A stretch of 63,563 nt of DNA, counting the filler. It is 8 parts of 8 records of this genome, joined end to end, with 100 filler letters (N's around TTAATTAATTAA, not from the genome) between each part and the next. Parts side by side here need not be neighbours in the genome. Positions count along the whole stretch, not along the records: positions 1 to 17,801 come from SRR31147125_10097; 7 more parts are not named here. One strand, given 5' to 3'. Under the pieces are notes generated by a model that saw only the letters and a program-made list of their open reading frames with translations, searched no databases and had not been told where the DNA came from. Positions 1 through 9,019 of this stretch are shown piece after piece (the first letter of the stretch is position 1; every line of letters begins with the position of its first letter). Position numbers and translations under genes: made by a program.

Positions 1-171
1 TCCAATTTTACCCATAAATCCAGCTCTTGTTCCACTTGAAGTATCTCTTGTATATACTGAGATAGTTGAAGTTTCATCAAAGTTATCATCAGGGTCAACA
101 GTACCTTCACTATCACATGCACTAAGTGCTAAAGTTAATAATAATACGAATGCAAGTATTAATTTTTTCAT
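1..171 (-). CDS. pstS: Phosphate ABC transporter substrate-binding lipoprotein, 5' part (runs off window start)
   Basis: Manual translation from ATG at 171: MKKLILAFVLLLTLALSACDSEG...ISVYTRDTSSGTRAGFMGKIG. Lipobox LSAC; PstS-type motif VYTRxxSSGTRxxF; RBS AAGGAG upstream. Confidence 0.8.
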   Translation of the reverse strand, partial: MKKLILAFVLLLTLALSACDSEGTVDPDDNFDETSTISVYTRDTSSGTRAGFMGKIG

Positions 172-241
172 TTAATTTCTCCTTTTAGTTTTCGTTCACA
201 GTTATTATAGTTAAAAGCTCATTTATATAACACCAATGATT

Positions 242-269
242 AGTAATACTTATGTAAAGATTACGTAAA
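242..269 (-). promoter_or_regulatory. Candidate Pho box upstream of pstS
   Basis: Minus-strand TTTACG (269-264), TTTACA (258-253), ATTACT (247-242) at an exact 11-bp period; TATAAT at 209-204. Confidence 0.55.
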
Positions 270-275
270 CATGCA

Positions 276-310
276 AATAAAAATAGAACCTCTAAGAGGT
301 CCTATCATTT
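276..310 (-). terminator. Intrinsic terminator after the ABC-2 operon
   Basis: Minus strand ATAGGACCTC-TTA-GAGGTTCTAT followed by a T-run. Confidence 0.6.
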
Positions 311-327
311 ATTTACATATATTAATA

Positions 328-1212
328 CTATCTGTTCATTTTTTTAGTCATATTCTTAAATGCTAAGTATAGAAATACCAAAGCAAGTATCATGATACCT
401 ATAAATATAAGTGGTAATGATATATCAATACCGAGTATACCGACTTCATCGAGACCATAACTGGATTTAATGCCATTTAATATACTATCATCTTGTACTA
501 AGTCACTTAAATTATCCATTGGTTCTTTTAACAATAAACTTTTTAATAATATGGTCATATGCGTAAATGGAATCAAAGATGCAATATAAGTGGTTCCTTT
601 TCCTAGAAAGATAAGAGGCATATAGATGCCACTTGCAAAACCAATAAGTGTTCCTAATACACCTGATAATGTTCCAAATGCATTGACAGATTTTAAAAGT
701 GTTGTGATGTAGATCATCATGGATGATGATATAAATGTGAAAAATATAAGTATAAACGGTACAAGTAACATCACATCAATCGGATACCAATAACCTTGAA
801 TACCTGCATATATCACCGTGATTGTCCACATGAAAATTGATAGAACGCTGGTCACGATGTTTGCTGCTAAATAATAAGATACAATAATTTTTCTTCTTTT
901 AACAGGTGTAACTAAAAATGCATCTAATGTATGGTGTTCTAAGTCTTCAATAATATTTCCCATCATCCCAAGAGATAATGACATTGAATTAATCACTAAT
1001 ACACCACCCATCATCACACCCACAACAAGTGATGTTTTAAGTGCACCATCTGGCAATTGTGCCATACCTTCATATGTCGTATACTGTTTACCAATAAATA
1101 AAATATATAAAGTAAGTAATATAATCACACTTAGAAATGAAAAGAATACTGCAACTTTATCACGTAAAAACCTTATCATATGTCTTTTAACGAGTGCGTA
1201 TGTTTCATGCAT
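328..1212 (-). CDS. ABC-2 type exporter permease
   Basis: About 6 TM segments; FLVTPVKR and FASGIYMP/PFTH motifs; start overlaps the ATPase stop (ATGCATGA). Confidence 0.85.
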   Translation of the reverse strand: MHETYALVKRHMIRFLRDKVAVFFSFLSVIILLTLYILFIGKQYTTYEGMAQLPDGALKTSLVVGVMMGGVLVINSMSLSLGMMGNIIEDLEHHTLDAFLVTPVKRRKIIVSYYLAANIVTSVLSIFMWTITVIYAGIQGYWYPIDVMLLVPFILIFFTFISSSMMIYITTLLKSVNAFGTLSGVLGTLIGFASGIYMPLIFLGKGTTYIASLIPFTHMTILLKSLLLKEPMDNLSDLVQDDSILNGIKSSYGLDEVGILGIDISLPLIFIGIMILALVFLYLAFKNMTKKMNR

Positions 1213-2109
1213 AACTATCATCTCCTATCACTTGAATAAATACATCATCCATTGAACCTTTTATCACTTCAAATGATTGGATATATGGTTTAAATAGATC
1301 CAGTAATTCTAGCGCTTCTTTTGCATTTTCAACTCTAAATATAAATTGATCTGCAATTTGTTTATATACTATGTTGTTTTTATTAAGAAATGCTTTAAAT
1401 GTTTTAATTGTTTTGGGTTGTATTTTTATACGGTCATATGAATATTTATCTTTTAATGTTGCAGGCGTGCCTTGGGCAACAATTTCTCCTTTATTAATAA
1501 TAACAACTTGATCCGCATTGGTTGCTTCTTCCATATAATGCGTTGTTAGAAATATGGTTAAACCTTGTTCTTCTCTTAACTTATCAATGAGTTTCCAAAC
1601 AACTTGTCTTGTCTCAGGGTCAAGTCCAGTGGTTGGTTCATCAAGTAACAATAACTCAGGGTTAGAAAATAGTGCGCGTGCAATTTCTGCTCTTCGCTTT
1701 TGCCCACCAGACAATGTTTTAAATTTTTGGTGTTCAAAATCTGCAAATCCTAAAAAATCTTTTAATGATTGATAGCGATTCATAATTTCTTCTTTTGTTG
1801 AAAGATAGAGCGCTCCTCTTAAAATTAGATTTTCTTTAACGGTTAACAAATCATCTAGGACATTATTTTGAAATACAACACCAATTTTAGAACGAAAATA
1901 ATTTGGATCCGTTTTACCATTTAATGATATGCTACCATCATCTTTTGACAAAAGTGTTGTAATCATATTAATCGTTGTTGATTTACCGGCACCATTAGGT
2001 CCTAAGAAAGCAAATAAACTTCCTCTTTTACATCAAATGATATACCTTTAACAGCTTTTATTTCTTTATAAGATTTTTTTAATTGCTTAACTTCTAATAT
2101 ATTATCCAT
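1205..2109 (-). CDS. ABC exporter ATP-binding protein (DrrA-like), apparent 1-nt frameshift near 2026-2029
   Basis: True start at 2109 (MDNILEVKQLKKSY...) after an AAGGAG RBS. Walker A GPNGAGKS lies in the frame of ORF 1205-1966, which has LSGGQ and LLLDEPT. One A is missing from a minus-strand A-run. Confidence 0.85.
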
Positions 2110-2120
2110 AAGCACTCCTT

Positions 2121-2873
2121 TTATTTTTTAATCGCAAGTGTAGCGAAAAATGTAGGGATTTTCATTTCATGAAGTCTTCCTTCACCATTAAAGTCTTCAT
2201 ATAAATCTTTAATTATAAAACCAGCTTTTAATTGTCCTGTAATTTGTTCTTCTAGTGTATGAGAAAATTGCATACCACTATCATCTTTTTGAAGAAATTC
2301 TTTTTGATCTTGATTGATTAATGGATTAAATGGCAACGCATGGACGATGGATTTTTCATCTTCATCAACAATAAAATTTATCCCATTATCTAATCCAGAT
2401 AAAAGTCTTCCCTCTTTTTTTAACACACGATAAGCTTCGCTAAATATAAAATCTGTGTTTTCCATATAACAATTTGAAACTGGATGAAAGATTAAATCAA
2501 ATGATTCATCTTCAAATGGAATGCCTTCAGTAATATCAGCACAAATGATTTCAATATCATAACCTTCTCTTTGACTGACTAGTTTTTCACTCTCTAGTTG
2601 TTTTGTTGAAATGTCTACAACACTCACTTGTGCGCCAAGTGCTGCAAATATTGGCATTTGTTGTCCACCACCACTTGCAAGACCTAATACTTTCAATCCT
2701 TTAAATGGTAAAAACCAATCTTTAGGCACACACTTTGTCGGTGTTAACAACATATCCCACTGACCTTGCTTTGCACGCATATATGTTTGATGATCAATAG
2801 GTATGCCCCATTGCCACCCCTCTGATATCCATCGATCAATCGTTTCTGCATTAGTTTTAACATATGTCTTCAT
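2121..2873 (-). CDS. Class I SAM-dependent methyltransferase
   Basis: Motif I VLGLASGGGQQ; FEDESFDLIFHP. Confidence 0.85.
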   Translation of the reverse strand: MKTYVKTNAETIDRWISEGWQWGIPIDHQTYMRAKQGQWDMLLTPTKCVPKDWFLPFKGLKVLGLASGGGQQMPIFAALGAQVSVVDISTKQLESEKLVSQREGYDIEIICADITEGIPFEDESFDLIFHPVSNCYMENTDFIFSEAYRVLKKEGRLLSGLDNGINFIVDEDEKSIVHALPFNPLINQDQKEFLQKDDSGMQFSHTLEEQITGQLKAGFIIKDLYEDFNGEGRLHEMKIPTFFATLAIKK

Positions 2874-2962
2874 ATATACAACCTCACTTTATTAAATATA
2901 GTTTATCATAAATTAGTTTCTAACAATGTATATTAAATGTAAAATAAATGGTATAATAAAAT

Positions 2963-2990
2963 CACTTTAATAAAGTAATAAAGTAAAGCG
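2963..2990 (+). promoter_or_regulatory. Candidate HisR (YerC) operator, autoregulatory
   Basis: CACTTTA-N14-TAAAGCG between the extended -10 (TGGTATAAT, 2949-2957) and the yerC RBS. Confidence 0.6.
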
Positions 2991-3001
2991 AGGCGATTTT
3001 A

Positions 3002-3301
3002 ATGTCATACCAATCAAAATTTTCTAATAAAGATATCGATTTACTCTTTGAAGCAATAACAACATTAGAAACAAAGGAAGAATGTTACAGATTTTTTGAA
3101 GATCTATGTACGATTAAAGAAATCCAAGATATGGGACAACGTTATGCTGTAGCAAAAATGCTCGCACAAAAAGTATCTTATCAAAAAATTTCTGATGAGA
3201 CAAAAGCTTCAACAGCAACCATTTCTCGTGTATCAAAATCCCTTGTTTATGGGGCGAACGGGTATAAAATTGTATTTGACAAACTCAAAGAAAAAAAGTA
3301 A
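3002..3301 (+). CDS. yerC: YerC/YecD TrpR-family regulator (HisR-like)
   Basis: ECYRFFEDLCTIKE...QRYAVAKML...ASTATISRV...YGANGY is the YerC/YecD family signature. Confidence 0.9.
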   Translation: MSYQSKFSNKDIDLLFEAITTLETKEECYRFFEDLCTIKEIQDMGQRYAVAKMLAQKVSYQKISDETKASTATISRVSKSLVYGANGYKIVFDKLKEKK

Positions 3302-3343
3302 AGGCTATGCCTTTATATTTTTCTATTATTTTTTTTACTTTTT

Positions 3344-3375
3344 TACTTTACTTTGCTAAAGCGTTAAAGTATAAT
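3344..3375 (+). promoter_or_regulatory. Candidate HisR operator overlapping the -10 of the amino-acid ABC operon
   Basis: TACTTTA-CTTTGC-TAAAGCG (20-bp dyad, 3344-3363) inside TACTTTA-N14-TAAAGTA (3344-3371); overlaps TATAAT at 3370-3375. Confidence 0.7.
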
Positions 3376-3395
3376 GATTGTACGAGGTGATGAAA

Positions 3396-4190
3396 ATGAA
3401 AAAACTATTTATAATTTTAATGGCATTCGTAAGTGTTATCACACTTGCATCTTGTCAAGAAGGTATCCCAAACACTTGGGAAGAAATTGAAGACAGAGGT
3501 TACATGATCGTTGGGCTTGATGATACATTTGCCCCTATGGGATTTAGAGACGATGAAGGTGACATTATAGGATATGATGTTGATTTAGCGAATGCTGCTG
3601 CTGAAAAGTTGGGTATTGAAGTAAGATTCCAACCGATTGATTGGGATTCTAAAGTATTAGAACTTGAAGCTGGTACAATCGATATGATTTGGAATGGTTT
3701 AACGATTACAGATGAAAGATTAGAACAAATGAGTTTTTCTAATCCATATATCGCAAATGCACAAATCATTATTACACTTAAAGATGCTGGTATTGATGCA
3801 ATTAGTGATCTTGCAGGTAAAAAAGTAGGATATCAAATATCAAGTGCTGCACAACCTGCTGTAGAAAACAGTGATATCTATGATAGCATTGGTGAAATTA
3901 TTAAATATGATGCATATGATCAAGCAATGCTAGAACTAGAAAATGGCTTAGTTGATGCTATTGTTGTTGATGAAATCTTTGGACGCTATGCCATAAGCCA
4001 AGCAGATTCAGATATATTTGCTATTGCTACTGAAAACTTCGGTGATGAAAATTATGGTATTGGATTTAGATTAGAATCAACTGATATTAGAGATAAGATT
4101 AATGAAGTATTACTTGAAATGGCAAACGATGGTACTGCTGCAGATATCTCTGAAGCATGGTTTAATGAAAATGTATTCCTAATTTCATGA
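3396..4190 (+). CDS. Polar amino-acid ABC transporter substrate-binding lipoprotein (probably histidine)
   Basis: Lipobox LASC; VGLDDTFAPMGF, GYDVDLA, IDMIWNG (SBP family 3). Substrate is inferred from the HisR operator only. Confidence 0.85.
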   Translation: MKKLFIILMAFVSVITLASCQEGIPNTWEEIEDRGYMIVGLDDTFAPMGFRDDEGDIIGYDVDLANAAAEKLGIEVRFQPIDWDSKVLELEAGTIDMIWNGLTITDERLEQMSFSNPYIANAQIIITLKDAGIDAISDLAGKKVGYQISSAAQPAVENSDIYDSIGEIIKYDAYDQAMLELENGLVDAIVVDEIFGRYAISQADSDIFAIATENFGDENYGIGFRLESTDIRDKINEVLLEMANDGTAADISEAWFNENVFLIS

Positions 4191-4837
4191 GTTATATTAT
4201 AAGTGTGATTAAATACTTAATAACAGGTGCAGGTGTGTCAACAACAATATTTGTTGTCACACTCGCACTTTCTTTTCCGTTAAGTGTTTTGTTTTCAATT
4301 ATTTATCGACAAAATATATTTTTTAAAAAAATAGTCTCTTTTTATACTTACATATTTAGAGGCACACCACTTATGCTTCAACTTTTCTTCTTTATGTATG
4401 GATTGCCTGCTATTGGTATTAGAACTGATCGTATGACTGTTGCATTATTTACATTTGCGCTCAATTATGCAGCATATTTCACAGAAATACTTAGAGCAGG
4501 TATTGAATCACTGGATAAAGATCAAGAAGAAAGTGCTGCTGTCATGGGTGCAAGTCGTGCACAAACATTTAGATTTGTCATACTTCCCCAAGCAATTAGA
4601 AGACAAATTCCAACGATTACAAATGAAGTTATTACGTTAATTAAAGATACATCATTAGTGACCGTTATCGCAATTTCTGATCTTATGCGACAAGTTAAAG
4701 AAGTTGTTTCAAGAGATTTTACGATTTCTCCATTCTTGGTAGCTGCTGCTTTCTATTTACTTTTTAGTTTTGTGATTGTCAAAGTGTTTAAATACATCGA
4801 AGATAAAAATGACTTTATGAATAATCAAACCATATAA
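4187..4837 (+). CDS. Amino-acid ABC transporter permease (HisM/GlnP family)
   Basis: FRGTPLMLQL, YAAYFTEILRAGI, EAA-like loop, IKDTSL. Confidence 0.9.
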   Translation: MSYIISVIKYLITGAGVSTTIFVVTLALSFPLSVLFSIIYRQNIFFKKIVSFYTYIFRGTPLMLQLFFFMYGLPAIGIRTDRMTVALFTFALNYAAYFTEILRAGIESLDKDQEESAAVMGASRAQTFRFVILPQAIRRQIPTITNEVITLIKDTSLVTVIAISDLMRQVKEVVSRDFTISPFLVAAAFYLLFSFVIVKVFKYIEDKNDFMNNQTI

Positions 4838-4874
4838 AAGGATGCTTTGAAATTAATCAAAGCACCCTTTTTTT
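4836..4874. terminator. Bidirectional terminator between convergent genes
   Basis: AAAAGGATGCTTTGA-loop-TCAAAGCACCCTTTTTTT. Confidence 0.65.
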
Positions 4875-4895
4875 ATTTAGATGTTTATTATTAAA

Positions 4896-7800
4896 TTAAC
4901 TTGGCATTTCAATTAAAACAAAATCAAAAGGCACAAATTCATCGAAATATAGTATATCGAAGTATACTGTGTCACCAGCATTTAACATAAAACTTATATC
5001 AAAATTATAGCCATCCTCATCATCACCTGATGCAAAAAACCCAAAATCACTATTTAACACATCTACAAATGGATCTGCAGTTCCTGTTGAATATATGCGA
5101 TAATATCCATTAGCATCTGCTGTAAATTGATAATAGTAGTAGTCTTGTTCTAAATCTATAGATTGTGTTTCACTTAAGACTAAAACTTCAGATGACTCTA
5201 ATAATGTTTCATATGACTCTGGCATTTCGATATAAAGTCCTAAATCCATCATAAACTCTTCAATATCGCCAATTTCTTCTTCTGTTAAGTTTTCGAAATC
5301 ATACGCTGCTAGAACAGCTACTTCATTAAACATTTCATCAACAAATAATAAAGCATTTGCTTTATCTGCATCAACTTGTAATTGTGACATGTCTAAATAT
5401 GATTGAACATCTTGATCACCTAATATATCATCATAGAAAGCATTGATAGCATTTGTCACTAATAGTTGATTATCTACAGTATCAAATGCTTCTAATGTAT
5501 CAACAAGTGCAAGGTATATCGCTAAATCATATGATTCAGTATAACCATACATACCATAATAATTATCCACAACGATAGCATCAATAAGTGTTACAAGTTC
5601 AGCTTTAATCATGTTAGCTTGATCAATTAAGTCACCTACAGGATTAAGTATATTCTCTAATAATAAATCTAGGTCTTCAACGCTTTGTGTTTGTTGTTCT
5701 TCAAAGTATAGACTAATGACTGCAATTGGCTTAACTAGAGTTAATAAAGCATCAATTTCAACTTCACCTAATTGTGCATCAAATATAGCACTATAAATAG
5801 CAAGCTCATCAATGAGTAGTTCTAATATGGCTAGCATCTCATATTCACTTTCCATATCCATATATTGCATATCCATCAATATGTCTAAGATAGCAGCTTC
5901 AGAATCTATGAGTTCACTTAATACTTCTATTGGAAGATCATATACCATTTCAAGAACAACCATTACTTCTTCATAAGTAGCTAAATAATCATTTAATACG
6001 TAAAGTATAAGTTCTTGATTTTGTTCTTCCCAAGGACTGTTTGTTTCTCTATTTTCTACAACATCAATTGCAGTAGAAATAATTAATGTATATAAAGCTT
6101 CACTATTTTCACCAAAGAATGCATTAATAAATATTTCTACTTCTTCTGAATGTTCTATTTCAAATTGTTCTACATATGTTCTTAAAAGCACTAAAATATT
6201 AATAGCTGCAACTTCTTTATCTTCAGGATTACCATACATTAACACATCTAAATTTTCTTCAAAATCAACAATAAATGCTTCATCTATTTCCATAAAGAAT
6301 AATAATGTTGTTTCTAATAATGCCGTTCCTCGTTCGCTGACATAAGGTATAAACGATTCTACAAGACTTTCAGCGTCTTCAATCTCATAACCAAATTCTA
6401 GTGATAATACTATAACGGCTGGTATTTTAACAAATTGAAGCAATGCATCCATTTCATCTTGTGAAAGGTCTTCTAAAACAATGGCAATAAACGGATCAAG
6501 TTCATCAAGTAAATCTGACAAAGCGACAACCATATCTTCTGGTTCTGCTAAAGATATAGCCATAAATGCTTGATAAATGGCAAGTTCTGATGTGATGATT
6601 TCATCAATCACATCCATACCTAGCGTTTCCACAGCATCCATTAATATCATTAACTCATCATATTGATCTGATAATGTTTCAAGTATGTAAATAGATGCTT
6701 CAGGTAAATCATTATTTTCTGCATAAATGATGACTTGTGCCATTAATAATTCATAAATAGCTTCTCTATTTTCACTATCCATAAGTGTTGCATAAGCTTC
6801 AACTTCTGAAGCATGATTTTCATTAAATGCATCGATATAATCAAATATATATGCCGTCATATCAATTAAAGCTGAAGGATCTTCAGATAAATCACTCGTT
6901 GCTAAATCTGATACATAACCCATCACTTGTAAATAATCCATAGCATCAAAATCTTCAATAAATAGTAACATAAGTGATATTTGAGCATGATCAACTTCTC
7001 CTAAGTAATCAACATATGCTTCAATACCGCTTAAATCAATACCAGCAATAGATGCAAATGATATTTGCATTGCTCTAAATGCTGCAAATGCTTCTTCATC
7101 AGGCATCGCTTCTTGTAAAACATCAATGAGTTCATTTTTAATAAGTAGTATTTCTGTTGGACTTAAAACAGATTCTCCAGATATTGCATCATCAATTAAA
7201 GTGAGCACTTGGTCTGGAACACTGTTTTTAATTGTAAATAAGAATGAAACAAATGCTTCTAATGCTTCAGTGTTTTCAGCTTTTTCCTCTACTAATAACA
7301 TCTCTAACTCATAAACCATGTCATATGATGATTCAGCATATGTCATCATCATTTCATATTGACTAATCATTGTTGCTTTCATATCAACAACAGCAATTGC
7401 ATTGTATAACGGAGAAACATCATTAAGTAGTGAGCGATGTGCTTCATCAGTATTAATCGCTAATGCTAAATCTTCATAAAAATCAATGACATCTTGATCA
7501 TCAATATAAACATAACTATTCACAGTGACTTCACCATTGATGTAGACATCATTAGCTATACTAATAAATGTATTCAAATAACTATAGTTTTCTCCATCGA
7601 AAAACATCATATCAACATAACTAACTTCTAATTCATTTTCTGTAAATGAAATAAGTATGTCATATACATCTTTAAATGTTACATCTTGTTTTAACACATC
7701 TAATTCACTGTTTAATTGTGTGAGCATACTTTCTATTTCACTGATTTCATCGTTTAAGGCACTAACTTCTTCACTCACATAATATTGTGCTAAACCATAT

Positions 7801-8912
7801 AACAATTCAACAACACGATCTTCAGTCATGTGGTATGTTTCAAATAAACTTAAATCACTCATAAGATCTGTCATTGATTCAGGATTAGATTTCATCATGC
7901 GCATGGCATCAACAATAAATCCATTGGCGTCATCTGTAGACATACCAAGTTCACCTGCTGTTTCAGCATAGAAATTGGCCATGTTTGATGCTCTAAGATA
8001 TACTTCAAATTCATATTCATATTCAAAATCATCCATTGTCATATCTGGTTCATATGATTGATCCATGGCTGATAAAGTAGTGACATAAACACTGTCAGTA
8101 TCAAGATCTTCTGCAACTGTGTAAGTCACTGCTGTTGAAGCACTTGAACTTGCTGTACCATTCATTGCTTTAACAGTTACTTGATATGATCCAACTGATA
8201 ATGCTAAAGCATCTAAATCAAATGTTTCACTTGTTGCAGTGTATGTTTGACCATCAATCATCACTTCATAACTTGTCGCATCATCAACCATATCCCATGT
8301 TAATGTATCTCCTGTAATCACTAAGTTTTGTGGTTGATCAACTGAAGTTTGAGTATCTACAACATAAGTTAATGCACTTGATGCTTGTGACTGATCATCT
8401 GCTGATTTAGCAATCACACTTATTTGATAAGATCCATCTGATAACGATAAAGCACCTAAATCAAATGATGTTGTTGTCGCTTGATGTTCATCACTATCAA
8501 CCATCACAACATAACTTGTCGCATCATCGACCATATCCCATGTTAAGATGTCACTATCTGATATTGCTAAATTATCTGGTGCATCTAATGAGCCACTAAC
8601 TTCTTCTACAGTATATGTAACCGCATTTGAAGGAAGTGAACCTTCTTCTAAATCTGCAGTATAAGCAACAACTGTAATCGAATAGCTACCTACTGATAAG
8701 TTTTCTTGTTTTAAATCATAAGAAGTTTCATTAACACTTATTGCATCATTTTGATCAATAAGTACTGCATAAGAATCTGCATTTTCCACCTCATCCCAGC
8801 TAACAACACCTTGATCTATACTAATAACAGGTGCATCTAATGTGAGCCTATCACACGCAACTAGAAAAATCGAAAATACCATAAAAGTAAATATCGCAAA
8901 CATTTTCTTCAT
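4896..8912 (-). CDS. Large acidic surface lipoprotein: 3 FN3-like repeats, duplicated helical region, C-terminal PPC-like beta domain
   Basis: Lipobox LVAC; three ~81-aa LDAP..L.I...L.WD.V..A.SY.V.ID repeats; C-terminal YYQFTADANGYYRIYSTG..DPF...DDE..YNF; very D/E-rich. Confidence 0.75.
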   Translation of the reverse strand: MKKMFAIFTFMVFSIFLVACDRLTLDAPVISIDQGVVSWDEVENADSYAVLIDQNDAISVNETSYDLKQENLSVGSYSITVVAYTADLEEGSLPSNAVTYTVEEVSGSLDAPDNLAISDSDILTWDMVDDATSYVVMVDSDEHQATTTSFDLGALSLSDGSYQISVIAKSADDQSQASSALTYVVDTQTSVDQPQNLVITGDTLTWDMVDDATSYEVMIDGQTYTATSETFDLDALALSVGSYQVTVKAMNGTASSSASTAVTYTVAEDLDTDSVYVTTLSAMDQSYEPDMTMDDFEYEYEFEVYLRASNMANFYAETAGELGMSTDDANGFIVDAMRMMKSNPESMTDLMSDLSLFETYHMTEDRVVELLYGLAQYYVSEEVSALNDEISEIESMLTQLNSELDVLKQDVTFKDVYDILISFTENELEVSYVDMMFFDGENYSYLNTFISIANDVYINGEVTVNSYVYIDDQDVIDFYEDLALAINTDEAHRSLLNDVSPLYNAIAVVDMKATMISQYEMMMTYAESSYDMVYELEMLLVEEKAENTEALEAFVSFLFTIKNSVPDQVLTLIDDAISGESVLSPTEILLIKNELIDVLQEAMPDEEAFAAFRAMQISFASIAGIDLSGIEAYVDYLGEVDHAQISLMLLFIEDFDAMDYLQVMGYVSDLATSDLSEDPSALIDMTAYIFDYIDAFNENHASEVEAYATLMDSENREAIYELLMAQVIIYAENNDLPEASIYILETLSDQYDELMILMDAVETLGMDVIDEIITSELAIYQAFMAISLAEPEDMVVALSDLLDELDPFIAIVLEDLSQDEMDALLQFVKIPAVIVLSLEFGYEIEDAESLVESFIPYVSERGTALLETTLLFFMEIDEAFIVDFEENLDVLMYGNPEDKEVAAINILVLLRTYVEQFEIEHSEEVEIFINAFFGENSEALYTLIISTAIDVVENRETNSPWEEQNQELILYVLNDYLATYEEVMVVLEMVYDLPIEVLSELIDSEAAILDILMDMQYMDMESEYEMLAILELLIDELAIYSAIFDAQLGEVEIDALLTLVKPIAVISLYFEEQQTQSVEDLDLLLENILNPVGDLIDQANMIKAELVTLIDAIVVDNYYGMYGYTESYDLAIYLALVDTLEAFDTVDNQLLVTNAINAFYDDILGDQDVQSYLDMSQLQVDADKANALLFVDEMFNEVAVLAAYDFENLTEEEIGDIEEFMMDLGLYIEMPESYETLLESSEVLVLSETQSIDLEQDYYYYQFTADANGYYRIYSTGTADPFVDVLNSDFGFFASGDDEDGYNFDISFMLNAGDTVYFDILYFDEFVPFDFVLIEMPS
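8267..8546. repeat. 37-nt direct repeat (1 mismatch) from the FN3-like duplication
   Basis: CATAACTTGTCGCATCATC(A/G)ACCATATCCCATGTTAA at 8267-8303 and 8510-8546; spacing 243 nt = 81 codons. Confidence 0.85.
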
Positions 8913-9019
8913 TTTTAATCCTCCTTATATGATTTAAAACAATATAATTTTTGTTACAACTCTCAACCTCATTATATATCTAGCATCTATGTATAACAAG
9001 ATATTGGCAATAAATACCC

